A stretch of 64,000 nt of DNA from positions 18,042,001-18,106,000 of the forward strand of contig CM022676.1 in assembly GCA_012295275.1 (NCBI GenBank), given 5' to 3'. The notes beneath the pieces are model-generated. The model saw only the letters and a list, made by a program, of their open reading frames with translations, made no database searches and was not told where the DNA came from. Of the stretch, positions 28,069-40,745 are shown piece by piece (the stretch's first letter is position 1; every line of letters begins with the position of its first letter). The translations under genes were made by a program, and so were the position numbers. The DNA is from Chrysomallon squamiferum. Taxonomy: Eukaryota; Animalia; Mollusca.

Positions 28069-28652
28069 TTCTCCTTGTTTGAAATGATAAAACTGACAGA
28101 GAGGACAGCTTCTGAATGGGCAGGAAACAGAAAGTAAGTTTTTAATTATGATTCAGAATTTTATTTAAACAAAATTGACTTTCCAAGTAATTATATTATA
28201 TCTTTTATTATTTCAGTTTATGAAATAGTTTATTGTACTGGAAAAAATAGGATTTGTAAAATTCAGTTTTAGTGTGTATACTTATGTAAATACTTTTTTT
28301 ATTTAAAATGGATGATTTTAGGTTTTAAAAGATCCTTGTATAATAGTCAGATACTAACATAGAAAGTTAATATTAAAGGAATATTTAAGTGAGTGCATCT
28401 CAGTTAAATTTTACAAATCTTACATCAGACAGTTTATATTGCAAGGTTTATTATTATTTTTACTAATTTCACTTCAGCATCTCACAGTGGCAATGGGAGG
28501 TCAGATGTCAGAAAACACCAAGTAACCATTAGCAACACAACAAAACAGCTTTCACAAAACTGAGTCAAGATTCATGAGTACTCCAGAACTAAACAAACCA
28601 AACTCTACACTGTAAGTATTCACTTAATTCATTTTGTTAAGTTTGTAGTGAT

Positions 28653-28975
28653 GGATAGACTGGCTCAGTGGTTAGAGTGCATGGCCAAGGTTTGTTGGGT
28701 TCTAGGATCAGTCCTGTATGGAGGATTAATAAAGTTATTTACCAGAATAGCCTCTGATCCATGCTTGATATTGCTAAGATCATGGTATGTGTTTTGTTTT
28801 CTGTTGAAAGCTGTATGTTAAAAAAAAATGTTTTGTTGGTTGTTTAAAAAGGGTGTTAGTTCATATTCGACAAACAGGTTTTTTTTTTTCATTATCTGTT
28901 TTGTTGTTTATCATTAAAGATACAAAGAACTAGTAAAAAACATGTTGAGTATGTTGTTAAAATATTTCTTCTTTA
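28653..28975 (+). mobile_element. Degenerate tRNA-derived SINE
   Basis: A-box-like tggctcagtggttagagtgc and a degraded B-box region (tctaggatcagtcc), followed by ~250 bp of body. It does not fold as an intact tRNA. Confidence 0.6.
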
Positions 28976-29548
28976 GCTTTTATATTTGTACTATTTTAGC
29001 GACATTTATATTTATCAAAAATCAGGTTAAAGTGAAGTATTTTTAAAAGATACTAAATTATTTAATTTAGAATTTACATTTATAGTTTGGCAAATCTGTT
29101 AAGGCTATTTAAAAAAATATTTTTATTTATTTGTTAACTTAGTGTATTTATGTTTATCAGTATGTCTGTATTCATGCAAGCACAATTGAAACCCAATAGC
29201 TGAAATATATTTTTGTCAACAAACATTCATTAGTATCAGTAAATTGTATTGATATACATATATAATAGTAAACAATGTTACTGATAAAAAATAATAAAAC
29301 ATTAAATTATCTTCACTTTTACTTTTTCAGGAACATAGCACAAAACAGACAAGTGTTGTTATCTAAACTTCAGAACTGGACACACACAGACAGCAGAACA
29401 GACAGAGAAGTTTCTAAAAAAAAAAAACTGGTATGAAAAACACACATTAATTCAGTTGTTTAACTATCAATTTACATTCTTCTCAGTTTTTGTGTTGCGT
29501 GTATTCTCAATACAGAGTAAGAAAAGCAGATTAGTACAAGGAAAGTCT

Positions 29549-29976
29549 ACAATAATAAGTAAAGTAATTGTAGTGTACAAATATACTGATAACTTAGAAT
29601 ACAATAATAAGTAAAGTAATTGTAGTATACAAATATACTGATAACTTAGAATACAATAATAAGTAAAGTAATTGTAGTATACAAATATACTGATAACTTA
29701 GAATACAATAATAAGTAAAGTAATTGTAGTGTACAAATATACTGATAAATTTAGAATACAATAATAGAATACAAAAGTAAAGTAATTGTAGTGTACAAAT
29801 ATACTGATAACTTAGAATACAATAATAAGTAAAGTAATTGTAGTGTACAAATATACTGATAACTTAGAATACAATAATAAGTAAAGTAATTGTAGTGTAC
29901 AAATATACTGATAACTTAGAATACAATAATAAGTAAAGTAATTGTAGTGTACAAATATACTGATAACTTAGAATAC
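29549..29976. repeat. 52-bp minisatellite, ~8 units
   Basis: acaataataagtaaagtaattgtagtgtacaaatatactgataacttagaat repeated. Confidence 0.97.
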
Positions 29977-30161
29977 TTCATTATTTCCATTCTTCCATCA
30001 GCATTGTTTTATTCTTATTTCTGTATCCACAATCAATATATTTTCTTTATCTTATGATTTTTTCTTCTTCTTATATTTTTATTATTATTTTGTTTATTTA
30101 TTTATTATTCTTTTATCTGTACATTTATTTTTCTATCATAACATCATTAATCCATAAAAAG

Positions 30162-30214
30162 CTCTAACAGACTGAGTATGCCAACATTTTACACTAATTT
30201 ACTCAGTCTGTGAG
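30162..30214. other. Hairpin, copy 1 (perfect 12-bp arms)
   Basis: acagactgagta-N21-tactcagtctgt. Confidence 0.7.
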
Positions 30215-30683
30215 GTTTATTTTTGCATTTCCCATATTTTGAGATTATATAGATAAATAAAAATAATACAAAATATTGGGTAAGTCAACCTTCTGATACA
30301 AACTTCTTAAAAGATTGTTATACTTTACTATTAGGAAATGCTGGTGACAGTAAACAAGTAATATACAAAATTCACTAGGTATATTTATAGCACATATATT
30401 CATTAGTTCAAATTTTATTAGTAACCATTAATCAATTTTATCATCCATTATTTTAAAGCATGTTTATCATTTCTTCATTTTGTCATCCACATCTGTTTTC
30501 ATCAGCCTGTCATCTATATTCAACTTTTATTTTTCTTTAACTTAAACACATTCTCTTTTTTTCTGTTTCTTTTGTTTTAGCATTATTATCTTTATTATTG
30601 CTATTATTATGATGATGATTATTATCATTATTATCATTATCATTATTAATTTTCTATCATTACATAAGATTCCACACAAGAAA

Positions 30684-30736
30684 CTCTAACAGACTGAGTA
30701 TGCCAGCACTTTACACTAATCTACTCAGTCTGTGAG
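30684..30736. other. Hairpin, copy 2 (perfect 12-bp arms)
   Basis: Same arms as copy 1; 3 substitutions, all between the arms. Confidence 0.7.
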
Positions 30737-31795
30737 GTCTACTTTTACATTTCTCATATTTTCTGATTATATATATAAATTAAAATAAAAAATAAGTTAA
30801 AATGTCTTCATTTTAAATTTCTTCATCATCATCATCATTATTGTTGTCATCTAGATTTATAATATCAGTTATTGTAACAAGGCTGTAATATTGTAAACTA
30901 TCTTCTCTGTTAAATTTTATTTTAATCTTTATTTCCAGGTTTTGTTTTGGTTAAATTAGCCCGCTCATTTGTTTATTAATTTTCTTATTTTTGAATCCTG
31001 CTTATTATTATTGTCTAAACCAAATTAAGCCATTGCTAAATGAAATGGACCAGAAAAACTGAAATCTGTTTTTCTTTGATCTTTAAGCTTTAGCAGGAAT
31101 TATTTTTTCATTTTATTTGATTTTCTTATTATTGTTTGTTTTTAAAAGACATACTTAGTTTTTTTAAGTGAATTATTTTTTTTTTCAGGATTATTCCCAC
31201 TCCTTTTAATCTACAGTATTTTATTATTGTTTGTTATTACTGTTTATTTTTATTTCATTCAAATTACAACCTAAATTTTTAAGCTTTTATAAGAGAATTA
31301 TTTTTCTGATCCTGTCTACTTGATAGATAATTGTTATTTATTTTTGAAAGTTGTAGAAATATCTGGGAGGGGGAAGTTGGAGAGTTAAATCTAACAAATT
31401 GGTGTGAGTGTGTAAACTTTTATTCATTAATCATTATTTTAGTTTTATACTGTTGTTATTACTCCACAACAAATCAGCTTTAGTTAGTTTTGAATTTTAT
31501 ATATAATGTAATTATATTATATTTTTTTTTTTTTTACTTTTTATATATTATTGCTATGTTAATACAATTTTATTTATCTGTTTATTGATTTATGCTATAT
31601 TTATGGATATTTCTGTTTATCTGTTTATTTATTTATTTGTTTGTTTGTTTGTTTATCTAGGAACTGGCTGAGTTTGATGTTAAACACTTTGTAATTCTGT
31701 TCTGTGACGGAGGATGTCAGTACAAAGCTCTGTTTTCTTTCACACCAGAAACTGAAGAATTATCTAAATTTGTGGTGTAGGACCTAAAGAAGTAA

Positions 31796-32390
31796 CCAAT
31801 AAAATGATTCATAGGTTTTATAAGTAAGTACATATTTAATATTGTATAAATAGTTTGGTTATTTCTACATATTTTTATATCAATAAAATGATTCAAAATG
31901 ATTCATATTTAATATTTTATAAATAGTTTGGTTATTTCTACATATTTTTATATTAATATGATTCATATTTTATAAATATATTTTATTTTTAGTTTCTACA
32001 TATTTTTATATCAATAAAATGATTCATAGGTTTTATAAGTAAGTACATATTTAATATTTTATAAATAGTTTGGTTATTTCTACATATTTTTATATCAATA
32101 AAATGATTCATAGGTTTTATAAGTAAGTACATATTTAATATTTTATAAATAGTTTTGGTTATTTCTACATATTTTTATATCAATAAAATGATTCATAGGT
32201 TTTATAATAAGTACATATTTAATATTTTATAAATAGTTTGGTTATTTCTACATATTTTTATATCAATAAAATGATTCATAGGTTTTATAAGTAAGTACAT
32301 ATTTAATATTTTATAAATAGTTTTGGTTATTTCTACATATTTTTATATCAATAAAATGATTCATAGGTTTTATAAGTAAGCATGTATTTA
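31796..32390. repeat. 84-bp minisatellite, ~7 units (some irregular)
   Basis: Paralog of 481-930. Confidence 0.93.
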
Positions 32391-32800
32391 ATATATTTTA
32401 TCTGTCACACTAAATATTACCAAAAATACAGTCTTGATAAGAAAGTGTGTTTTTATATTATTTTAAATCTGTCTTTATAAATTTGTAGTTTCATCAACAT
32501 GGAACTCATTAACTTAATGTAAAATAAATGTTTTTGCAAATTATATTTTTTAAATAGTTTTGGTTTTTATTATTTTTTTTTTTTTAATATAAAATGAAAA
32601 CCTTTTTGGTAAAGATCAATACTGACCAAGTGAAATGTAGGTGTTTTTAACAAGATTTAAACAGTTGTGCATGTCAGTGAAAAAAGGGGTATAGCCTATA
32701 ACAAGACGTTAATCAATATATTTTAGTGGACAACAGTGAAAATAAAAAATGTATCACTATATAATTTCCTATACTTTCAATTCAATTTCTTTTCTTATTT

Positions 32801-32847
<47 letters not shown>

Positions 32848-33297
32848 TAGTTTATTAATCACCTAACTGAAATGAACTCTTAAAATTAAAACATTTCAAA
32901 AAGAATTTAAGATTGTTTCTGTGTTAAGGAATTATTTAATACTAATGAGTTATTGTTTTATTTATTAATTGTCATGTAATAAATTAATTAATATTATTTT
33001 ATTTTTCTGACAGATATAATTATGTGGCTAAAAGTTTCACTCAAGTGACATCAACAAAACATTTATCTGTGTCCATTGATGCTGTTGTTATTAACAATTC
33101 TCTCTGGAAGACTGGGAAAAATTAAAACATTTCAAAAAAAAAGTGTGTTAGGAAGAAAAATTATTTTACTAATCAGTCATTGTTTTATTAGCAGCAACAT
33201 TAAAGTGACATCAATCACAAAACAGTTCCATTGACGTCATCTGTGTCCATTGATGCTGTTATTATTCATAATTCATCTCTGGAAGCCTGGGAAACCA

Positions 33298-33528
33298 CAG
33301 CAACATCAAAGAAAGTGTGTTAGGAAGACGTAGATCTCACAACACACATCACCATCATCCTGACGTCATCAGCAGCAACATCAAAGAAAGTGTGTTAGGA
33401 AGACGTAGATCTCACAACATACATCACCATCATCCTGACGTCATCAGCAGCAACATCAAAGAAAGTGTGTTAGGAAGACGTAGATTTCACAACACACATC
33501 ACCATCATCCTTACATCATCAGCTGCAA
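33298..33528. repeat. 75-bp repeat, 3 units (1 unit in copy A at ~1642-1720)
   Basis: cagcaacatcaaagaaagtgtgttaggaagacgtagatctcacaac... repeated three times. Confidence 0.95.
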
Positions 33529-34589
33529 CAGTTGACACTTTACATCGTTGTCTTGGTTACAATTCTAAATGACAAATGTTTCACAATACCTTGTTTCAAT
33601 TCAGGTTTAATCTGCATTTTTAAAGATACTTTAAATTCAAGCATGCTGATTTTAAATATGATAATGAAATATGTTAATTTATTTAAATTCTTGTATATAT
33701 CAAGAAATGATCAGCTTAAAATAATTAATCATTTTCAGAGCACTCAGATCTTTAATTCAGAGGATGTGAAATGAAATCTACGATGAGCCCATGATATTTC
33801 AAATCACTGTTTGTCAGATATAGCTGCAAGTTCTGTTATGATTATTTTGAACATGATTAATTAGGCTGCATCAAAGCTTGTCCTTTTATTTTTATTTTTT
33901 TATTTAATTCAAAACTGATTTAATCCTATAAAAATGTGTAACTCTATTTTACTTCTTAATTATAAATGACTTATTTATTTAAATAAAAAGTAATATGTTT
34001 TATAACTATGGAATTTTCCAGTTGTCTTTTTTTGATGAATTTATGTTCTATAGTGCTAAATGTTAAAGAAGAGAAAATTTCAAAGTAAAACTTGTGTAAA
34101 AGTAAAGTGTATTGATTCAGATCTGAAGTTTCATTTCACTGTCATACTATTTGCATCCATAATGGATGCATAATGAATATTCATAACTACAGATTATATA
34201 TAAAACACTTTATTTTTTGAAAGTATTTTAGTTACCAAGTTAGAAACTAAACCATATAGAAAATTCTAAAACATATAATTTTGAATTATTTTAGATTGAT
34301 ACTAATATTAAGTACATTAATCTAAAAAACAATGTTATATATTATATAGGTGGAGAAATATGAGATTAGCTGATTCAACAAACATGTGTATATGTAGTTA
34401 TAAGTGCATAATAACAACAACAACAACAAAAATAATGAAAATAAACAAACAACAGCAAATATAATCCTCTCATTTAGATCAGCTGAGAATAATTTAAGTG
34501 TGTTTTACACTGAACGAGTTGCATGAAGGAAATGTTACTTGTGGGAACCCTGCACTCTCCATGTTTAGAGTTTTATCGTGTTGAAAATA

Positions 34590-35060
34590 AGTTAAGTAGA
34601 GAACTGTACACTCCACAACCTTTGTCCTAAGCTGATTTCAATGAGATATACATGTTCATCATTATAATTATTAAAGTTATGGTGTTGAACGTACAGTTAA
34701 GTACAGAACTGTACACTCCACATTCTTTGTCACAAAGCTGATTTCAATGAGATATACATGTTTATCATTATTAAAGTTACGGTGTTGAACGTACAGTTAA
34801 GTAGAGAACTGTACACTCCACAGTCTGTCACAAAGCTGATTTCAATGAGATATAAATGTTTATCATTATACATATTAAGGTTATGGTGTTGAACACAGTT
34901 AAGTAGAGAACTGTACACTTCACAGTCTTTGTCACAAAGCTGATTTCAATGAGATATAAATGTTTATCATTATAACTATTAAAGTTATGGTGTTGAACGT
35001 ACAGTTAAGTACAGAACTGTACACTCCACAGTCTTTGTCACAAAGCTGATTTGAACGAGA
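34590..35060. repeat. ~100-106-bp minisatellite
   Basis: Paralog of 2812-3433. Confidence 0.93.
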
Positions 35061-35743
35061 TGGGTGGAACGTTCATTAGCTGTTTTACTTAGATGACAAT
35101 TCTTACTTATCATTCGGATAACAGAGTTTACAGGTTTATAATAAAAGGTTAGGTTTAGTGGTAATTTAAATATCAGCTTATTTAAAAAAAATAGATTTAT
35201 GGTTATGATTAGCAGTTTCCTCCTTGGTTAGATTTATATTTAAATATCTACTTATCTCAAAAGGCCTTTCAAATGAAACTTTTGATCAGTGTTAGGATAC
35301 ATTTTTATTGTATTTCAATAAATCCTTATTTTTATCATATTGCAACAAACAAGTTTATAGCTCGGGTTAGGATGGGGTTAGGGGTAGATCTAGGACTAGG
35401 GCTAGGGTCAGGCTTAGGTTTACGTTTAGATCTAGGAGTAGGTTTAGTAGCTATTTATTTGAAGAGAATTAAATAAAACTTTGAAATTTGTCTATCTGTA
35501 TGTGTGTGTCTATGGACATATGTAAATATGTATATATTAGTACACACACATACATATATGCATGTATGTATATAGTTTAGGATTTTGAATATTCTCAGTC
35601 GTATGTACGTCTGATTAGACTCTGCACATAGACAATATTCGGGAACGCACTGGCTCAGGAGGACAAAATCCAGTCACGACCTCGCAAACCTGTCAGATGT
35701 CACTGACGAGACTCGTGTGTGTGTGTGTCTGTATGTATGTATC

Positions 35744-35774
<31 letters not shown>

Positions 35775-35838
35775 GATCTGTGTAAATGTATGTCTATATG
35801 TGCGTATTTATGTATGAATTCGTATGTGTGTGTATATA

Positions 35839-35912
<74 letters not shown>

Positions 35913-35928
35913 CCTGAAAATTATTATT

Positions 35929-35968
<40 letters not shown>

Positions 35969-36006
35969 TTCATTTCATTTTATTTTTTTCATTATTTTTA
36001 TTTCTC

Positions 36007-36067
<61 letters not shown>

Positions 36068-36223
36068 GGATCAGTTTATTTTACAACAACAAGAACTATA
36101 ACATGACAAAAATTCTGTAATGATTAGAATGTAGCTTACACGCGCACTTCGCGTTACACACATATCAGAAACAAAAAGAACGTCCTTATGTTTTACACTG
36201 TGGATAAAAAGAAACACGCTAAC

Positions 36224-36309
<86 letters not shown>

Positions 36310-36486
36310 TAATAATAACTAGTAATAATAAGAGAGAGAGAGAGATCTTTATTCTTGTTTGTCGCATAATTGTTTTTGGAAAATCCATGTCTAAAGAGAA
36401 CGTTTTATAAAGTATGTCAGGCAGAATAGAAAGAAGAAAATGAAGTGCAATTGCACCACTTTGTACTACATTGATACCCATTAATT

Positions 36487-36868
36487 ATATTTCACATACA
36501 GACAGACATACAGATAGGTGAACATCAAGAAACAATGTAGTTTACTGTTCATTGTTTCACAACTACTTTGTACTACACTGATATTATACACATTATTTAT
36601 ATTTCACATAGAGACAGACATACAGATAGGTGAACATCAAGAAACAATGTAGTTTACTGTTCATTGTTTCACAACTACTTTGTACTACACTGATATTATA
36701 CACATTATTTATATTTCACATACAGACAGACAGACATACAGATAGGTGAACATCAAGAAACATTGTAGTTTACTGTTCATTGTTTCACAACTACTTTGTA
36801 CTACACTGATATTATACACATTATTTATATTTCACACACAGACAGGTGAACATCAAGAAACAATGTAA
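36487..36868. repeat. ~112-bp minisatellite, ~3.5 units (~1.5 in copy A at 4840-5005)
   Basis: tatatttcacatacagacagacatacagataggtgaacatcaagaaacaatgtag... repeated. Confidence 0.92.
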
Positions 36869-37445
36869 AAAGTTTTAAAATATAAATGAAATAATGACTG
36901 AAAAATTTAATTTTTATCATGTAAATATTTTATTGCTGTTTTGTTTTATTACACTGGAGTATGTAGAAATATATATTTAAATATCAACATTTTTTAAATA
37001 AACTACTTTACAAAATAATACAAGTTTAAATATAATCTGACATATATACACACACATACACACATATACATACACACATACATACATATATATATATATA
37101 TATATGATGGGCGAATATTTCAAAACTAAATCAGTTTGTCTTAAAGTAAAATTTATTTGTAATTTAGCAAATTTAAACTATAAAGTAATTCATAATAAAA
37201 TAAATAACTTTTCTTTTTTATTTTCTTTAAGGCAAAAATAAAATATACAAATTAACTAAATTAATAACTATACACTAACTACTATATATATTTTTTAAAT
37301 AATTATATGAAGTATAGAAATCAAGTAAATTTAGAATAAATAACTGATATTGTCTTTACTTATTAGTTCGTGTAAAGAAAAATGTCTGTCGACTTTCAAC
37401 TTCAAAACAGTTAAAGTGAAACCAACTTAGGAGACAGTTTGAAGT

Positions 37446-39018
37446 TTACTTTCTACACCATGTAAATATTTTTATTTGTCCAGTGTAAAACTCTCCCACG
37501 TACAGTTTGTTGTCATCACAACAGACAGACCAAGGTCTGGACAGTCCATCCTGGCCAGTGAGGATGTCACGTGTAATGTTACCATCTCGTGACAACTGAA
37601 CAACACAATTTCTAAAACAATCACAAACAAAAATATTTCCCTCCCTGTCACATATAACACCTGTCAAGTCTCTCATCCTGTCTGAATCACGTGACTCCCA
37701 TTTGACGTCACCTGATGACGTCACACAAAATACTTTGTTTACATTTTCTCTTTTTGACAACACAATCAGACACTGATCGTGAACTGTGAGACTGTACGGT
37801 CCGGGGATCAAATCTGTTGAGATAGAATTAATGAGCTGACCACTTTTGTCAGTATGTCCAAGTACTGACCACTAACACACCCAGTGACCGCGAGACGGTT
37901 GCCAGGTAACACAGCGATATGCTGATAACTTTTATCAGTTTTAACTGTTTTGGTCAGTTCGAAGTTTTTCAAATTTAAAAACAATATTTTAGTTTCATCT
38001 GGCACAACAACAACAACAACAACATCACCCCGCTGATCACGTGATTCAGCAAGACCGACTGGACCAGTGGAAGTTTCGTGTTTGTTTATCAGTGATTTTC
38101 TTTCTAAACAAAAACATTTTACACACCTATTGTCATAATCACTAACAACAATTTTACTTTTGTCCTCACCTGACACCAGGATGGACTTCACACAAGGAAT
38201 GAATTTATCTTCTGGTGTTTTTGTGTCAATGGTGTCTGCGTGTTTGAGTGTGTCTGTGTGTTTGTCTATTTGTGTGTCTGTGTGTTGTGTTTTTGTGTCA
38301 ATGGTGTCTGCGTGTTTGAGTGTGTCTTTGTGTTTGTCTATTTGTGTGTCTGTGTGTTGTGTGTTTGTGTTAATGGTGCATGTTTGTTTCAATGTGTCTG
38401 TGTGTTTGTCTATTTGTGTGTCTGTGTGTTGTATTTCTGCGTTAGTGGTGTCTGTGAGTTTGAGTGTGTCTGTCACTCTATCTGTCTGTGCGTCTGTTTG
38501 CATGATTGTTGATATTTCACCAATGTGCACAGACATATTTTTCGTATCAGATTTTATCAGATATATTTTTATTTCTGCTTTTTCTATTTGTGAAAGAGAT
38601 TTGGACAGGAACTCGGAAGTTGTGTGTTGAAGTTTGGTCAATTTTGAAATATTAATTTGTATATCTGACTCTGATTTATTTTGTAACAAATCTTCAACTA
38701 GTTTGGTCATTTTTTCATTTTCCTCAATCAGATGTTTGTGTTCACTAAACAATTTGTCTATTTCTGAGTTTACAAAGTTCTGAGATTTTTCTATTTCTCT
38801 TATTAGCCTGTTTTGTTCTTTGTGGACTGCGGCTGTGAGATCTGTGATTAGTGTGTCACCTATCCTTGTGACCTCTTCTGTAGTGTCCACGACGTTGATG
38901 TCGATAGCTTGGCGAAGTTGCTCAATCTTATCATCCATCTCTGTCTGAAGGATTTCTTTAAACATTTTGAGACTCTCACAAACAGAACTCAGAACTGAAA
39001 TGTTGTCTCCCTTCTTAG
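37446..39018 (-). CDS. TRIM-type gene copy B, coding exon 2: coiled coil, 24-aa repeat linker, NHL-like propeller; 1-nt frameshift at ~37845
   Basis: Acceptor tttatttatttcag|ct at 39018 is in frame with ORF 37808..38965. ORF 37446..37811 completes the propeller. Copy B has accacttttgtc where copy A has accactctctgtc (one base shorter). Confidence 0.88.
38220..38500 (-). repeat. 72-bp coding minisatellite (QHTDTQIDKHTDTLKHADTIDTKT, ~4 units)
   Basis: Visible within the 385-aa ORF. Confidence 0.93.
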
Positions 39019-39386
39019 CTGAAATAAATAAAGAAATAAAGAATTGATTAATATATTAAATAATAATAATGATGATCCTAATAAAAATAATAACAACAAC
39101 AATAATAATAATAATAATAATAATAACAATAATAATAATAGTACAAGTACTAATAATTTTAATAAAGATATGGGTAACAATGTGAAGAGTTTAAGAATTT
39201 ATTTTATCAACCAATTTAAAAATCTGAATAGAATGTTTTTTTTTTTTTATTAATAAAATATCCTCTATTTCTTTATGAGCCTGCTGCTATGGTTCAAGCA
39301 CGACAAAAATATTTTTAGCTAAATAATCACTGTCTCTTTGTTTAACTTTTTTTTGTGATGTATCTAAACACAGAACTCTGACTCAC

Positions 39387-39672
39387 AAAACTTTGAGTGT
39401 AGCCGATCATTAATGGCGTCCTGTAGTGACTTGTTTATAGGGAATTGATCTGCCCACGTATACACTGGTTTCGTGCTGTTCGGGATGTTGACATTTTGCC
39501 TGCAGAACGGGCAGGCGATTTGTGTGTCGTTGTTGTCGTAACTGTAACTTTTATAACTCTGCAGGCATTTGGAGCAAAACGACTGTCCGCAGTTAAAAAC
39601 TCGCGGCTCATCGAAAATTTCCATACTCAGGGAGCACGACAAATTATCATCGAACTTTGAAGTTTTTGCCAT
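39387..39672 (-). CDS. TRIM-type gene copy B, coding exon 1: degenerate C3HC4 RING finger
   Basis: LSCSLSMEIFDEPRVFNCGQSFCSKCL...CPFCR...WADQFPIN. Acceptor cacag lies just before the ATG. Candidate donor T|gtgagt at 39387/39386 is phase 1 and matches exon 2. Confidence 0.87.
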
Positions 39673-39677
39673 ATCTG

Positions 39678-39714
<37 letters not shown>

Positions 39715-40711
39715 TATTTAGAAATAACATAGAACAGCAGTTGAAAACAACTGACTGCAGGTAAAAATTACACATTAATTTTACTTAATTCGTACGATCA
39801 ACGGCATATACAAATAAATAAATAAATGAAATAATAAATATATAAACTTGCAAACATATCACTATCATATTATAAAAATACTGTGTAAACTGTTCATTTC
39901 TTTGTTTATTTATTTATTGTTTTATTTGTAAATTAAAGAACTCTTAAAGTGCATTACATACTTGCTAAATTTAACCTTATGACGTCGCACTTTATTTGAG
40001 AAGGAAAACGACAGTTCTAGGGTAAAAAATCACAAAAGAAAAACAACTACAAAACAAAAACAACAAACTAAATATATGTCAGTGTCCATGAAGGTTGTAA
40101 GGTAATTTCGCTGATCCAACTCGAACGTACAGCAAAAGGAACGTTACCTTCAGTAAAGTAATGAACTGTGTAACGAATATGAAGTCAGGTTTCAAAATCT
40201 GATAATAAACAAATCACATTGTTACCGAATGAGAACTCAAAACATTTGTAATCTGGAGTAAAACGGCTTCATTTATAATGTATAATGACTCACAGATAAT
40301 GAAAGAAAAAAAATTGTATCTAGTAATGAGGCGGGCTACTTTTTTTTTGATAATTACAACCACGCAGTGCCTATGATAAATGTATTGTGTAACTGACTTT
40401 ACGAAGGATAATTACGACAACCCATCGCCAGACACTACTTTCCTCTGACCACATCCATATACGAGATTTGTAAACAAAATTTCGCTGACAACGCATTTTC
40501 AAGTCAGGCTTTACGTAAGTTTTTCATGTCAATATAAAAGAACACCTCACACTATAATGACCTATTTCTTAGAGAACCAATTAATATATCTAAGAACACT
40601 CGAATCGTTAAAATATAAATCAATATAAAATATCATCCGCTTTCAATATGGCCGACTTGTTTCACGTCTCCTTTTGTTTACTTTTAGCTATCAGACTCCT
40701 GCACTAATAAA

Positions 40712-40745
40712 CACGTGACTGACGTCAAACATCTTTACGTCATCA
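40712..40745. promoter_or_regulatory. E-box/CRE cluster, candidate TRIM promoter element
   Basis: cacgtg abutting tgacgtca, followed by ttacgtca, ~1 kb upstream of the RING ATG. Candidate 5'UTR donor gaag|gtaacg at ~40147. Confidence 0.3.

Larger units (their letters stand above)
24866..33990 (+). ncRNA. Predicted multi-exon long non-coding transcription unit
   Basis: AG/GT-bounded, GC-richer blocks at 24866-24948, 25498-25607, 25808-25893, 26712-26836, 27660-28133, 28478-28611, 29331-29430 and 31661-~31791. Terminal block from 33014 with AATAAA at ~33982. No continuous ORF. The last two blocks are duplicated at 345 and 1533. Confidence 0.6.
31320..38500. repeat. Segmental duplication, copy B
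   Basis: Colinear with 1-~7080. Confidence 0.97.

Noticed and set aside
28653-28730. tRNA gene
   Set aside because: Only the A-box/D-arm is recognisable; there is no intact T-arm or acceptor stem, and it continues into a SINE-like body.
27779-29976. Regular 59-bp and 52-bp arrays as CRISPR arrays
   Set aside because: Units are head-to-tail with no unique spacers, there are no cas genes, and the context is eukaryotic.
33317-33535. His-rich repeat protein ORF
   Set aside because: It results from a 75-bp triplication present as a single unit in copy A and has no ATG start.
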